NCBI GenBank assembly: GCA_017960645.1
Contig: JAGCYU010000022.1
Location: 141 to 64,140, forward strand
Length of the DNA: 64,000 nt
Source of the DNA: Alphaproteobacteria bacterium
GTDB lineage: Bacteria > Pseudomonadota > Alphaproteobacteria > CAAHEQ01 > UBA3637
Reading direction: 5' to 3'
Shown piece by piece: positions 18,207-30,669 of the stretch (positions are counted from its first letter, which is position 1; every line of letters begins with the position of its first letter). The notes below the pieces were generated by a model that did not search any database, was not told the origin of the DNA, and was given only the letters and a program-made list of their open reading frames with translations. Position numbers and translations under genes: made by a program.

Positions 18207-18635
18207 TTATTCCATTTCAAACAATGGTTGGTTGTATTCTACAGGCGCCCCGGATTCAACTAATACTTTTTTAATTGTACCGGCTTGTTGAGCTACAACA
18301 GGATTAAACGTTTTCATGGCTTCTACCATACATAAAGTCTGTCCTTGTTTAACGCTGTCTCCTTCTTTAACAAAAGTCGGAGCATTAGGGCTGGGTGACA
18401 AATACACAACACCAACAATCGGTGATAAAACTTGATTTTTGGGCTTTTCCACTACTTCTTCTTTTGCTGTATTAGAAATGACAACAGGCGTCTGTGCGGG
18501 GGCTGGGGCAACCTCAGTTGCCGGGCCAACCACATGCAATCTTATACCGTCTTTTTCGTAATCAATCTCTGCCAAACCTGTTTCTTTTAACAGCTCTGAC
18601 AACTCTTTAATTGTATCTTTTATGGTGTTATCCAT
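18207..18635 (-). CDS. accB: Biotin carboxyl carrier protein
   Basis: EAMK biotinylation motif; upstream of accC. Confidence 0.95.
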   Translation of the reverse strand: MDNTIKDTIKELSELLKETGLAEIDYEKDGIRLHVVGPATEVAPAPAQTPVVISNTAKEEVVEKPKNQVLSPIVGVVYLSPSPNAPTFVKEGDSVKQGQTLCMVEAMKTFNPVVAQQAGTIKKVLVESGAPVEYNQPLFEME

Positions 18636-18764
18636 TTCAATCCTTTTGTTGAATATGGGAATATTTTACACCCGTTTTTGGATTCTGGCTATACAACTTT
18701 TATGACAAATTATTACAATTTTTTTTACTAGCTTTTTTTCAAAACTTTTGTTATGATGAGGTCC

Positions 18765-20903
18765 ATGTTCAATCGTTCATACAAAAAATTATTACAAAGC
18801 CTTTTGGAATCGGATGATTCTGCCATTCAAGTGCGATCATTCAATAATCGTGTGATCATAGATAATGCTCAAGGAAACAGCTTGTTTGGCACAGGCGAAA
18901 ATCCCTTTTTATTTTTAAAAGAAGCAACGCCCAAGGGGATGCTTGAGCAATTATCCTCAGCGTATATACAACATACGCCCTATCAAATGCGCTTTTATAA
19001 AAAAGACAATATCGTTGACATTTCTTTGACGCCAATAACAAAAGCTATGTTGATACAAGCTGCCGTCACACCAAAGCAAGCAGACGCAAAAGTCACCGAA
19101 AACATCCAGCTGACTATATTAAGCGAGGCTTTGCATGCACTTAAAACCCCTGTTTATATGACAGATATGCAAGGTGAAATCTTGTATGTGAATCCGGCCT
19201 TTTGTGAACAAATTGATTATAAATTTCAAGATTTATTGGGGCAATTTATTGGCAAGGTTTTGCCTTTAGAAGAAGTACAATTTTTACCTTTTTATGAAAC
19301 AGACATTCAATTATCAACCCCCATGGGATCTCAATCATTTTATGTATCACAATATCAAATTAAAGCGCAAGAAAAAACGATTTATTGCGGCAACTTGGTT
19401 CCCACTCAAATCCCTGCACTGAATTTAAACACACCCATTGATTCGATTCCTTTTGCACAAATCACAATAACCGTAAATGATTTAAGTATTGTGCATAAAA
19501 ACACATTCTTTACTGAATTGTTCCCAGCATCCACAAAAAGCTTAACGGACATTTTAACAGAACAATCCTGCACCGACATCATTAACAAACTAACAAAATC
19601 TCACCGCAATCTGGATTCGTCAAAACCCGTTGAAGTCAATACTTTGGATAACCGAACCTTTTTCTTGTATCCGATATGGCATACAACGGGTCATGATGAA
19701 GCCACCTTATTTTTCATTGAAATCACCACCAACAAAGCGCTGGAAACACAAACCCTACAATCTCATAAGATGCAAGCTATCGGACAACTAGCTGGGGGTA
19801 TTGCCCATGATTTTAATAACCTGTTAACTGCGATTATTGGCTTTACAGATCTGCTGTTACAAAAACATCCTGTTGGTGACGATTCTTTTGGTGATTTAAT
19901 GCAAATCAAAGGGAATGCGACACGTGCTGGGGGCTTGGTTGGACAACTCCTTACTTTTTCACGCAAAACCCCTGTGCAAAATCGTTATATTTCTGTCCAT
20001 GATGCCTTTGTAGATTTAAGTGCGTTATTGGAACGGGCTTTGGCACCACATTGTACCCTTAAAATGGATTTTGCACGCCACTTAGGATGCATTCAAATGG
20101 ATGCCAACCAATTAACACAAATTTTTTTAAATTTAGCGGTAAATGCTAAAGATGCTATGAAGCAAGGGGGGCTTTTTACTGTCACATTAACAAAAGAAAA
20201 AGTTAAAAAAGCAAAACCATGTGGATTGGATACCTTACCCGCTGGCGATTATATTAAAATTACGGCAACAGATACAGGATCTGGCATTGATGCAAATGTA
20301 TTACCTCATATTTTTGAACCTTTTTTTACAACCAAAAAGAAATCGGCTGAATCTGGAACAGGACTTGGCTTATCTACCGTTTATGGCATTATTCACAGTG
20401 TTGGCGGATATATTAAAGCCGATAGTGTCCCAAACGTAGGCACAACTTTCACGATTTACCTACCGCGCTTTGATGAAGTCACAACCGAAACAATTTCCGC
20501 CCCACAAGAAATTCAAAATGTGTTTTTACCACCAGCTACTAACCCGATTTTATTGGTTGATGATGAAGATGGCATCCGCACAATCACAGCCCGAGCCTTA
20601 AAAACAAAAGGGTTTGAGGTCATGGAATGTGCCAATGCAGAACAAGCCATTACTCACTTAAAAAAGCATCCTCAAATTCAATTATTATTAACAGATATGG
20701 TCATGCCCGGCATGGATGGAGAAACCTTAATTCATAAAATAAAAGAACTACAACCACATTTGCCTTGTTTGCTTATGTCCGGCTACTCAGACGCTTTTGA
20801 AAAACATACCTCGGACGCTGTTAAGGATTTTGATTTTATTTCCAAACCGTTCACATTGGCCGACCTGCTTAATAAAGTAAAAGAAATTTTGGAAAGAAAA
20901 TAA
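18765..20903 (+). CDS. cckA: PAS-histidine kinase-receiver hybrid (CckA-like)
   Basis: GQLAGGIAHDFNNLLT H-box, NLAVNAKDAM, GTGLGLSTVYG, C-terminal receiver domain. Confidence 0.8.
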   Translation: MFNRSYKKLLQSLLESDDSAIQVRSFNNRVIIDNAQGNSLFGTGENPFLFLKEATPKGMLEQLSSAYIQHTPYQMRFYKKDNIVDISLTPITKAMLIQAAVTPKQADAKVTENIQLTILSEALHALKTPVYMTDMQGEILYVNPAFCEQIDYKFQDLLGQFIGKVLPLEEVQFLPFYETDIQLSTPMGSQSFYVSQYQIKAQEKTIYCGNLVPTQIPALNLNTPIDSIPFAQITITVNDLSIVHKNTFFTELFPASTKSLTDILTEQSCTDIINKLTKSHRNLDSSKPVEVNTLDNRTFFLYPIWHTTGHDEATLFFIEITTNKALETQTLQSHKMQAIGQLAGGIAHDFNNLLTAIIGFTDLLLQKHPVGDDSFGDLMQIKGNATRAGGLVGQLLTFSRKTPVQNRYISVHDAFVDLSALLERALAPHCTLKMDFARHLGCIQMDANQLTQIFLNLAVNAKDAMKQGGLFTVTLTKEKVKKAKPCGLDTLPAGDYIKITATDTGSGIDANVLPHIFEPFFTTKKKSAESGTGLGLSTVYGIIHSVGGYIKADSVPNVGTTFTIYLPRFDEVTTETISAPQEIQNVFLPPATNPILLVDDEDGIRTITARALKTKGFEVMECANAEQAITHLKKHPQIQLLLTDMVMPGMDGETLIHKIKELQPHLPCLLMSGYSDAFEKHTSDAVKDFDFISKPFTLADLLNKVKEILERK

Positions 20904-20963
20904 TGCTTTTTACTTGACCCCTACCTTAAAAAGTGCTAGTCTGTTCCTGATGGGATGAATTAA

Positions 20964-22358
<1,395 letters not shown>

Positions 22359-22763
22359 GTGGAATTAAAAGTTGTGACACCCACCGAAATTATTTTATCT
22401 TGTCCTGTTCAAAAAATCACAATTGAAGGAATTGATGGTTTTCGTTGCTTTTTACCAAAACACATAGATTTTATCACCGCTTTAAAACCTGGTATTATGA
22501 CGTATTTGACTCAAGACAACAAATTAAAATACGTCGCCTGTAACCAAGGATTATTTGTCAAATGTGGCAATCAAGTTTCCGTTTCCACTCCTTGGGCTGT
22601 CATCAGCGATAATTTAGAGCATTTAAAACAACATATTAAACAAGCCTTTCAAGAAATGGAACAGGAACGTAAAGAAGTTGGCGTTTCTATGGCTCGGTTG
22701 GAAATTGGTTTAACCAAAGGTTTAATGCAATTGCGGCGGGAGGAATCTCATGTCATCCTTTGA
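22359..22763 (+). CDS. atpC: N-ATPase epsilon subunit
   Basis: LKVVTP, LPKHIDFITALKPG. Confidence 0.9.
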   Translation: MELKVVTPTEIILSCPVQKITIEGIDGFRCFLPKHIDFITALKPGIMTYLTQDNKLKYVACNQGLFVKCGNQVSVSTPWAVISDNLEHLKQHIKQAFQEMEQERKEVGVSMARLEIGLTKGLMQLRREESHVIL

Positions 22764-23064
22764 AAAACAAATGGAAAAAACGGCAAAAACTTTGGAGCGC
22801 AAGGCGGATAATTTGAAACAGTCCAAAAACAATTCTTATGTATATCGTGCGGCCTTATTGACAGTTTACGGGTGGCAAATGTCAATCCCTGTTGTCGTAG
22901 GAATTGCTTTAGGATTATTTTTAGATAAAACCTTCCCTCTGCAACATTTCTCCTGGACACTGAATATGATTCTTTTTGGATTCGGTGCAGGTTTGTATAA
23001 CGCCAATACTTGGCTGAAAAAAACAGCTACTTTACCACCTAAAAGGAAGGAAGGTAAAAAATGA
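22750..23064 (+). CDS. atpQ: N-ATPase AtpQ (AtpZ/AtpI family)
   Basis: GWQMSIPVVVGIALGLFLD; position in operon. Confidence 0.8.
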   Translation: MSSFEKQMEKTAKTLERKADNLKQSKNNSYVYRAALLTVYGWQMSIPVVVGIALGLFLDKTFPLQHFSWTLNMILFGFGAGLYNANTWLKKTATLPPKRKEGKK

Positions 23065-23348
23065 CAACACTTTCTATGGCAACGTTAATTGTTTGTATTA
23101 TCACGGGCATTTTAATCGGGATTGCCTATGAATATTTACTGTGGTTATCTATTAAAACACTACCAAAAATCAAACACAAAGGACTGTGGCTACTGTTTAC
23201 AACTGCGGCACGATTATTTTTGCTTTTATTTACCGCCGTTGTTATGGCAAAAGAAAATGTCGCCCGGTTTTTGTGGATTATTTTTGCCTTTTTAGTAACA
23301 CGATGGATTGTTATTAACATTGCCAAAAACATCAAGAGGAAAGCATGA
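23061..23348 (+). CDS. atpR: N-ATPase AtpR
   Basis: Three TM helices with intramembrane Arg residues (AARL, VTRW); position in operon. Confidence 0.8.
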   Translation: MTTLSMATLIVCIITGILIGIAYEYLLWLSIKTLPKIKHKGLWLLFTTAARLFLLLFTAVVMAKENVARFLWIIFAFLVTRWIVINIAKNIKRKA

Positions 23349-24043
23349 TTGAAGATTTAGACCATATTATTATGTTTCACTTGGGACCGCTAGGCATCAA
23401 CGCCACGTTGTTTTTTTCATGGGTTGTGATGGCGATTCTTGTTGTGGGTTCTTGGCTGATTACACGCAATTTAAAAACAACAGTTCAAGTAAGCCGCTTT
23501 CAAACTTTACTGGAAATGGTTGTCACAACCATCCGAGGTCAAATTCACGCTGTCAGTGGCGACAATCCAATGAAATATCTTCCTATGATGGGCACTTTTT
23601 TCCTATTCATAGCGATGTCTAATCTATTGACTATTATTCCGTGGTTCAAAGCACCCACAGCCAGCTTATCCACGACAGCGGCATTTGCCTTATGTGTCTT
23701 TTGTGCTATGCCCTATTATGGTATTAAAAATGCGGGAATCAAAGGTTACTTAAAAAAATTCATTGATCCTACACCATTTATGCTACCTTTAAACATCTTA
23801 TCCGATTTTTCGTCTGCATTTTCTTTGGCATTTCGTTTATATGGAAATATGCTCAGCGGAGCCGTCATCATTACTGTTTTAATGATGCTTGCCCCATTTT
23901 TGATCCCCCTGCCCTTGCAAATTTTAGGGTTAGTCACAGGAACAATTCAAGCTTATATTTTTGCGCTTCTGGCAATCGTATATGTATCGGCGGTTGCTCC
24001 AAACGAAGCCTATGTACAATCCGATACAAAGAAAGGAGTTTAA
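23345..24043 (+). CDS. atpB: N-ATPase a subunit
   Basis: SLAFRLYGNM, IQAYIF. Confidence 0.95.
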   Translation: MIEDLDHIIMFHLGPLGINATLFFSWVVMAILVVGSWLITRNLKTTVQVSRFQTLLEMVVTTIRGQIHAVSGDNPMKYLPMMGTFFLFIAMSNLLTIIPWFKAPTASLSTTAAFALCVFCAMPYYGIKNAGIKGYLKKFIDPTPFMLPLNILSDFSSAFSLAFRLYGNMLSGAVIITVLMMLAPFLIPLPLQILGLVTGTIQAYIFALLAIVYVSAVAPNEAYVQSDTKKGV

Positions 24044-24044
24044 T

Positions 24045-24329
24045 ATGGATCCTGTAACTTTAATTGGAGCAATGAGTGTGTTAGCGGCAGGTTTATGCAT
24101 CGCTATTGGTGGTATTGGCCCTGCTTTGGGTGAAGGAAATGCAGCCGCAAATGCTTTGCGTGCTATTGCACAACAACCAGATGAAGCCCCAAACATTACA
24201 CGAACTTTGTTTGTTGCTATGGCTATGATTGAATCAACAGCTATTTATGCATTTGTTGTTACAGTACTTATTTTGTACTTCAATCCTTTTTGGGACAAAG
24301 CCCTTGAAATAGCAAAATTAGCAAATTAA
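24045..24329 (+). CDS. atpE: N-ATPase c subunit with Na+-ligand set
   Basis: RBS AAGGAG, ATG 24045; GPALGEG (E30), QQP loop, ESTAIY (E63/S64/T65/Y68). Confidence 0.95.
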   Translation: MDPVTLIGAMSVLAAGLCIAIGGIGPALGEGNAAANALRAIAQQPDEAPNITRTLFVAMAMIESTAIYAFVVTVLILYFNPFWDKALEIAKLAN

Positions 24330-24339
24330 GAGGTTTATA

Positions 24340-25122
24340 ATGGGGATAGATTGGGTTACCTTTGGTGCACAAATTGTCAACCTGTTTGTATTGATTTGGT
24401 TGCTTAAACGTTTCTTGTACCATCCAATATTGGAAGTTATTGATAAACGTCAAGCTGAAATCAATGCACAGGTAAAATCTGCTCAAGATGCAAAAAACCA
24501 AGTTGACCAAGAAAAGGCCGAATGGGAAAAGGAAAAAGCCCACTTTGATGACATGCGTCAAAAACGCCTGAATGATTTAGCCTTAGAAGAGCAAAACTTA
24601 CATAAACAATTGAACGTTGATATTCATAAACAGGAACAAGAAAAACGTTCTCAACTGCAACAAAATTTAGATACAGAAGTGAAGGCTATTCAAGATGAAA
24701 TGCGTTCTATTATTGCACATCAATTCGTTGCCTTTTCTCAAAAACTTTTGCAAGAATTAACCCAAGGCACACCCTTTGATACTGTCATTCAAACGATTAC
24801 AAACAAGATAAATAAGCTAGATAAAAAACAAAAATTAGAATTAGAAAAAAATCTATTAAAACAAAATGTTATCAATATAACTTCATCTAATCAATTAAGT
24901 AAAAAACAACAGCAAGAATTGCTTAAAACTTTCAAAAAAGTTTGTCCAATTAACGCCAAAACGAAAGTAATGTGGAAAGTAGATTCTGATTTAATACTGG
25001 GATTAGAAATTTACGTTGGTAATAGCTTAATAGAGTGGAACCTAAAAAATTATTTAGATGAACTAAACTACAATATTCGTTCTGCAACGACTGCTTTGAT
25101 TTTATCAGAAAAGGATGAATAA
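24340..25122 (+). CDS. atpF: N-ATPase b subunit with fused delta-like C-terminus
   Basis: IDWVTFGAQIVNL...RFLYHPI; C-terminal DSDLILGLEI; no separate atpH. Confidence 0.9.
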   Translation: MGIDWVTFGAQIVNLFVLIWLLKRFLYHPILEVIDKRQAEINAQVKSAQDAKNQVDQEKAEWEKEKAHFDDMRQKRLNDLALEEQNLHKQLNVDIHKQEQEKRSQLQQNLDTEVKAIQDEMRSIIAHQFVAFSQKLLQELTQGTPFDTVIQTITNKINKLDKKQKLELEKNLLKQNVINITSSNQLSKKQQQELLKTFKKVCPINAKTKVMWKVDSDLILGLEIYVGNSLIEWNLKNYLDELNYNIRSATTALILSEKDE

Positions 25123-26647
25123 CATGCTGAAAAAAACAACTGTTAATGCAAAAAAAATTTTAAATAAAGCGATCAAAAAAACGCAGCCTAAAATGCGCGT
25201 CAGCGAGCTTAATACAATTTTGTCTTTAGCAACAGGAACTGCAGAGATTTCCGGTCTTAGCAAAGCTAAAATCAATGAATTATTGACCTTTAAAAACGGG
25301 GTCATTGGCATGATCCATTCACTCAAACCAAACTCAGCTGGGGTAATTTTTTTAAGCAATGCTGATTCATTAAAAGCTGGCGATAGAGCTGTCCGCACAG
25401 AGCGTGTATTGGACGTGCCTGTAGGCTCTGCACTACTTGGCCGAGTTATCAATCCGTTGGGCCTGCCATTGGATAAAAAAGGCATGATCAGGACAACAGA
25501 ACGCTTGCCGGTAGAACGTGAATCCCCTGCAATTATGGAACGAGCTACTGTGGATACTCCACTTCAAACTGGGATCAAAGCCATTGATGCTTTTATTCCC
25601 ATCGGGCGTGGCCAACGTGAATTAATTTTAGGGGATAGACAAACTGGAAAAACAGCAATTGCAGTAGATACCATTTTAAACCAAAAAGATTCAGGGGTAA
25701 TTTCTATTTATTGTGCAATTGGACAACGAAGCTCTGATACAGCGCGCGTTATTGCCACATTACAAGATAATGGGGTTATGAATCAGTGTGTGGTTGTTGT
25801 GGCCAGCGGTGAAGATGAAGCAGGACTACAATACATCGCCCCTTATGCAGCCACTTCAATTGGCGAATACTTTATGTCCAAAGGAAAAGATGTGTTAATT
25901 GTGTATGATGATTTAACCTCCCATGCCCGTGCTTATCGCCAATTGTCGTTGCTATTGCGCACACCTCCTGGACGGGAAGCATTCCCTGGGGATATTTTTT
26001 ACATTCACTCGCGGTTATTGGAAAGATCAACACATTTACGCAAAAAAGATGGCGGCGGGTCTATGACCGCTTTACCTATTGTAGCCACAGAAGCAGGCAA
26101 CATTTCAGCCTATATTCCTACAAATATTATTTCCATTACGGATGGACAGATTTATCTATCCGCTAACTTGTTCCAAAAAGGTTTAATGCCAGCGATTGAT
26201 ACAGGTCCCTCTGTGTCACGTGTCGGTGGAGAAGCTCAACTGCCTGCCTATCGCCAACTTGTTGGTCCTTTAAAACTCTTTTATTCACAGTTTGAAGAAT
26301 TGGAATCCTTTTCAAAATTCGGCGTTCAATTAGATGAAGAAACCCAAAAGAAACTAGCACGAGGTCGCGCCATACGTTTTGTTTTGCAACAATTGCAATA
26401 TCATTTAATGGACGTAGCTAGTCAAATTGCTGTTTTCCTTTCAGTGAATGCAGGATTATTGGATAATGTGCCTCAAGATAAAATCCAGCCAGCACAATCC
26501 GTAATCAGCAAAACCATGCATACCAAATTTAAAAACATAGTCGATGCTATTATGCATAAAGAAAAGTTGGATTCTTTAGCACAAAACAAGCTGATTAAAG
26601 CCTTTCAACAATCGTTACTAGATGAAGGAATTACCCCGAGAAAATGA
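25115..26647 (+). CDS. atpA: N-ATPase alpha subunit
   Basis: GDRQTGKT, PPGREAFPGD, SITDGQI. Confidence 0.97.
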   Translation: MNNMLKKTTVNAKKILNKAIKKTQPKMRVSELNTILSLATGTAEISGLSKAKINELLTFKNGVIGMIHSLKPNSAGVIFLSNADSLKAGDRAVRTERVLDVPVGSALLGRVINPLGLPLDKKGMIRTTERLPVERESPAIMERATVDTPLQTGIKAIDAFIPIGRGQRELILGDRQTGKTAIAVDTILNQKDSGVISIYCAIGQRSSDTARVIATLQDNGVMNQCVVVVASGEDEAGLQYIAPYAATSIGEYFMSKGKDVLIVYDDLTSHARAYRQLSLLLRTPPGREAFPGDIFYIHSRLLERSTHLRKKDGGGSMTALPIVATEAGNISAYIPTNIISITDGQIYLSANLFQKGLMPAIDTGPSVSRVGGEAQLPAYRQLVGPLKLFYSQFEELESFSKFGVQLDEETQKKLARGRAIRFVLQQLQYHLMDVASQIAVFLSVNAGLLDNVPQDKIQPAQSVISKTMHTKFKNIVDAIMHKEKLDSLAQNKLIKAFQQSLLDEGITPRK

Positions 26648-27561
26648 GCCTTGAAATCTTAAAAAAACGGATTCAAACGACAACTGACCTGAAAGAAATT
26701 GTCAGCACAATGAAATCTCTTTCCTCTGCCAGCGTTGGTCAGTATGAAAAGGCTCTTGTGTCCCTTTATCAATATGGGCAAACTGTCAAAGCAGGTTTTA
26801 ATGGTTTAACCCGAGCAGATTTTTTTACATATCAGCCCATGAAAATACGGAACAATCCAAACGTATTGGCCGTTGTTATAGGTTCAGACAATGGCCTTGT
26901 CGGTCGCTTTAATCGAGATTTAATGTCCTTTACAGAACAGACATTAAACGAATTGCATCCAAATGGAGAAAAACATATTCTTGCTATTGGAAAACGTATT
27001 GGATTGTTGGCACCACTTTATCATTTGCACTCGGAAGGCATGTATCCCCTATCCAATTCTGTAAAAGAAATTTCCATTATTTCTGGCATAATCTTAACAA
27101 AAATACATGAGCTTATTGCAAAAAAACATATTGACGTTGTTTATTTATTTTTTAATCAAAAACAAGGAAACACTGCCTTTATCTCCGATTATTTGCAAGT
27201 TATTCCTTTGCCCTCGGAACAATTTGGCAATGTCAAAAAAGAAAAATGGCAAGGCCGTATGGCGCCTTTAATTACGGCTAGTAAAGACGAACTGTTTCAG
27301 GCTCTTGTACGGGAATATTTGGTTGTTGTGTTAGCCCATGCTTTGACTGCCAGCCTGGCCAGCGAACACTATACACGAATGTTACATATGCAAGAAGCCG
27401 AACGCAATATAGATGATTCTTTATCGGCTTTTAATCTGGAATATCAACAACTGCGTCAAAATCAAATCACAGACGAATTGATTGATATTGTATCTGGTTC
27501 AGAACAGATAAACAAACAAAAAAATCAATCAACACTTGACTTTTTACAAAAAACAGGGTAA
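26644..27561 (+). CDS. atpG: N-ATPase gamma subunit
   Basis: SDNGLVGRFN, RQNQITDELIDIVSG. Confidence 0.95.
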   Translation: MSLEILKKRIQTTTDLKEIVSTMKSLSSASVGQYEKALVSLYQYGQTVKAGFNGLTRADFFTYQPMKIRNNPNVLAVVIGSDNGLVGRFNRDLMSFTEQTLNELHPNGEKHILAIGKRIGLLAPLYHLHSEGMYPLSNSVKEISIISGIILTKIHELIAKKHIDVVYLFFNQKQGNTAFISDYLQVIPLPSEQFGNVKKEKWQGRMAPLITASKDELFQALVREYLVVVLAHALTASLASEHYTRMLHMQEAERNIDDSLSAFNLEYQQLRQNQITDELIDIVSGSEQINKQKNQSTLDFLQKTG

Positions 27562-27592
27562 AAATTGATAAATAAAAAAGAAAGGAAAAAAC

Positions 27593-27877
27593 ATGATTAA
27601 ATCAGAACTGGTTGAAAAATTGGCTGAACAGGAAAAATTGTCCGTTCATGTAGCACGTCGTATTGTTGATACACTTTTTAATGCCATGACGAATGCTTTG
27701 GTTGATGGTGATCGTGTGGAATTACGTGAGTTTGGTGTTTTATCCGTCCGGACACGCAAGGCGAGAACGGGTCGCAATCCTAAAACAGGTGCTCCTGTTG
27801 CTGTTCAAGAAAAACGTGTTCCATTTTTTAAAGCTGGCAAAGCAGTCAAGGAAGCATTAAATAAAAAAGGTGCTTAA
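27593..27877 (+). CDS. ihfB: Integration host factor beta
   Basis: MIKSELV, RVELREFG, GRNPKTG, PFFKAGK. Confidence 0.88.
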   Translation: MIKSELVEKLAEQEKLSVHVARRIVDTLFNAMTNALVDGDRVELREFGVLSVRTRKARTGRNPKTGAPVAVQEKRVPFFKAGKAVKEALNKKGA

Positions 27878-28722
27878 TGAACTGGATCACCACTCGTTCA
27901 CGTCCTACTGTTAAAAAAGTGAATATTACCAAGGATATTCCCGATAATTATTGGGATAAGTGTCCGGGGTGTGGAACGATGTTGTTTCATTCAGAAATTC
28001 AAAAAAATCATCTTGTCTGTCCGTCCTGCCAATACCATTTTCGCCTACCTGCAAAACAACGGTTGGAAATGTTATGTGATGATGGGAAATACACACTGAT
28101 AAAGCTACCCGCTGTAAAAGAAGATCCTTTACATTTTCGCGACATCAAAAAATATACAGATCGCTTAAAAGAAGCACGCAAAAAAACAAGTCAAGATGAT
28201 GCTATCATAGTAGCTCATGGAAAAATGAATGGGCATCCTGTTGTTATAGGGGTCTTTGATTTTAATTTTATGGGCGGTTCTATGGGAACAGCTGTGGGCG
28301 AAGCAATTGTCAAGGCCGCAGAGCTAGCGTTATTACAAAAGGCCGCACTCATTTTAATTCCTGCTTCTGGCGGAGCAAGGATGCAGGAAGGAATTTTATC
28401 TTTGATGCAAATGGCACGTTCTATTTTGGCTGTCAAAAAGCTGAAGGAAAAACGATTGCCGTATATTGTCGTTCTGACAAACCCTACCACAGGTGGTGTG
28501 ACTGCTTCTTTTGCCATGGTGGCAGATATTACATTGGCAGAACCAAAGGCAACTATTGGGTTTGCAGGCGCCCGCGTTATTGAACAAACTATTCACGAAA
28601 AATTACCGGATAATTTTCAAACTTCTGAATATTTACTGGAACACGGCATGATTGATCAAGTTGTGCCTCGCATAGACCTTAGAGAAAAAATCATCCACTT
28701 TTTGGATTTACTAATGCCATAG
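27877..28722 (+). CDS. accD: Acetyl-CoA carboxylase carboxyltransferase beta
   Basis: Zn-finger CxxC pairs, FMGGSMG, SGGARMQEG. Confidence 0.97.
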   Translation: MNWITTRSRPTVKKVNITKDIPDNYWDKCPGCGTMLFHSEIQKNHLVCPSCQYHFRLPAKQRLEMLCDDGKYTLIKLPAVKEDPLHFRDIKKYTDRLKEARKKTSQDDAIIVAHGKMNGHPVVIGVFDFNFMGGSMGTAVGEAIVKAAELALLQKAALILIPASGGARMQEGILSLMQMARSILAVKKLKEKRLPYIVVLTNPTTGGVTASFAMVADITLAEPKATIGFAGARVIEQTIHEKLPDNFQTSEYLLEHGMIDQVVPRIDLREKIIHFLDLLMP

Positions 28723-28771
28723 TCTTGTCTTTTCATGCACCATATCCCACTTATGAATAAAGGGAGAATTT

Positions 28772-29779
28772 ATGGTGCAAGTTTTATTTTTTGATGCGGA
28801 TAAAGATTTAAAAACATTTTTAAAAAAGCATAACTATTGCGGGATAGAACCTGTTTTTTTCTATGAATCCCTTAATTATGTACCAACACAAAAATTACGC
28901 CCTTATTTAAATGCTTCCATCATTTCCATATTTACACACTCTAAAATGGTGGATAACGCGAAATTAACTCTATTTAAAAACCTTAAGCTGATTGCAACAC
29001 GAAGCACTGGTATTAATCATCTTGATTTAGATTTTTGCAAACGCCACAATATCCAAGTTGCAAATGTGCCTTATTATGGAGCACAAACGGTGGCAGAATT
29101 TGCTTTTGGCTTATTATTAGCCTTGTCACGCAAAATTATCTTGGCACAATCCGACATGTCTCGTAATCGTGTGCGCATCCAAGATTATATTGGTTTTGAT
29201 TTAGCCGGAAAAACAATTGGCATCATTGGCACAGGCTCTATTGGCTCACACATGATTCAATTGGCAAAAGGCTTTGATATGAAAGTTTTGGCTTATGATC
29301 CTTTTCCAAAAACAGAATTTAGTCCATTATACACCTCATTAAATCAATTATATGCCAAAAGCGATATCATATCACTCCACATTCCTTCTAGCGACAAAAA
29401 CAAACATTTATTGAATCAAGCAGCTTTTGTGCGTATGAAAAAAGGTGTTTATATTATCAATACAGCCCGTGGAGATTTAATTGATACACAAGCACTTTAC
29501 CAAGCTGTCCAGCAAGGTATTGTTGCCGGTGCTGGCTTAGATGTACTGGAAAATGAAGACTTTTTATTGCATGATGACATAGATCCACAAGGTTATGCCC
29601 AAGATACCCCTTTTTTACTAGATTCAGCTCTGAATCTCAAACTATTACAAAATCCAAATATTATTGCAACACCGCACATTGCATTCAATACATCGGATGC
29701 TTTAGCCCGCATTATTCAAACAACATTAGACAATATTTATAATTTTTTAAATAATAAACCCAGCCATTTGGTGACTTAA
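28772..29779 (+). CDS. D-2-hydroxyacid (D-lactate-type) dehydrogenase
   Basis: TRSTG, GTGSIG, INTARG, TPHIAF. Confidence 0.9.
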   Translation: MVQVLFFDADKDLKTFLKKHNYCGIEPVFFYESLNYVPTQKLRPYLNASIISIFTHSKMVDNAKLTLFKNLKLIATRSTGINHLDLDFCKRHNIQVANVPYYGAQTVAEFAFGLLLALSRKIILAQSDMSRNRVRIQDYIGFDLAGKTIGIIGTGSIGSHMIQLAKGFDMKVLAYDPFPKTEFSPLYTSLNQLYAKSDIISLHIPSSDKNKHLLNQAAFVRMKKGVYIINTARGDLIDTQALYQAVQQGIVAGAGLDVLENEDFLLHDDIDPQGYAQDTPFLLDSALNLKLLQNPNIIATPHIAFNTSDALARIIQTTLDNIYNFLNNKPSHLVT

Positions 29780-30222
29780 TCATCTATTTCTGCAAGAGTT
29801 TGTTCATCTAAGGTTTCTGTTGTAATATTAGACGCAACAGTTTGAATAGGCGCTATTTTGCTTGCAGAATCTTCACATTCCAGCACCCAAACATCATACA
29901 CAGGATGTTCCATAGCAGACAAAGCAGGATTAGACGAAAACATCCACCCTTGGAACACAGAATTTCCTGTTTCAGTCTCTTCCACTGTCAAAAAAGCTGT
30001 ATTTTCTGGGGCTTCATCCACGGGACGTTTTAAACATTTATCAACCACAATCGTCAACTCTCCAAACGAGGTAGCCTTCCCAACCTTAGCTTCAAACGTT
30101 TTAACACGTCCTGTGGTCTTATCCAAACCACGCAACAATACGGAATCTGTTGGAATATCAGCGGCCGAAGCGTTCACCGTCCATCCTAACAAAAACAAAA
30201 TCAACAATCTATACATATCCAT
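29776..30222 (-). CDS. DUF2155 family protein
   Basis: LRGLDKTTGR, FQGWMFSSNPALSAMEHPVYDVWV. Confidence 0.92.
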   Translation of the reverse strand: MDMYRLLILFLLGWTVNASAADIPTDSVLLRGLDKTTGRVKTFEAKVGKATSFGELTIVVDKCLKRPVDEAPENTAFLTVEETETGNSVFQGWMFSSNPALSAMEHPVYDVWVLECEDSASKIAPIQTVASNITTETLDEQTLAEIDD

Positions 30223-30225
30223 CCC

Positions 30226-30669
30226 CTATTTTGTAGACAAAAAGATAAATTCGGAAACAGAATCTTCCAATGATTTATAATTTTTTGTTTGCATAATTTG
30301 ATCACCATCAGATAACAACGCCTGACTCTTCCCCGGTTCCAAACGAATATATTTATCTCCCATAATACCGACATCAGCAATCCCTGCCACTGTATCTATA
30401 GGCAACTTAACATCTGAGTTGATATTCATAAAAACATCCGCGGCATAAGTCTCTTGATCCAATTTTGTTGCTAAAACGGAACCAACTTTAATTCCTGCAA
30501 TACGGACATCCGAACCAACTTCCAAACCACCCACCTTGGAAAAACTAGCCTTAACAGTATAACCTGCAATTTCCTTTTTATCAATGCGGGAACTTGCAAA
30601 AAATAAAAACAATGCGGTAAACACCAATACAAACACACCCAAAATTGTCTCAATCGGATTCTTTTTCAT
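30226..30669 (-). CDS. mlaD: MCE-domain lipid asymmetry protein MlaD
   Basis: GLEVGSDVRIAGIKVG, GIMGDKYIRLEPG. Confidence 0.9.
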   Translation of the reverse strand: MKKNPIETILGVFVLVFTALFLFFASSRIDKKEIAGYTVKASFSKVGGLEVGSDVRIAGIKVGSVLATKLDQETYAADVFMNINSDVKLPIDTVAGIADVGIMGDKYIRLEPGKSQALLSDGDQIMQTKNYKSLEDSVSEFIFLSTK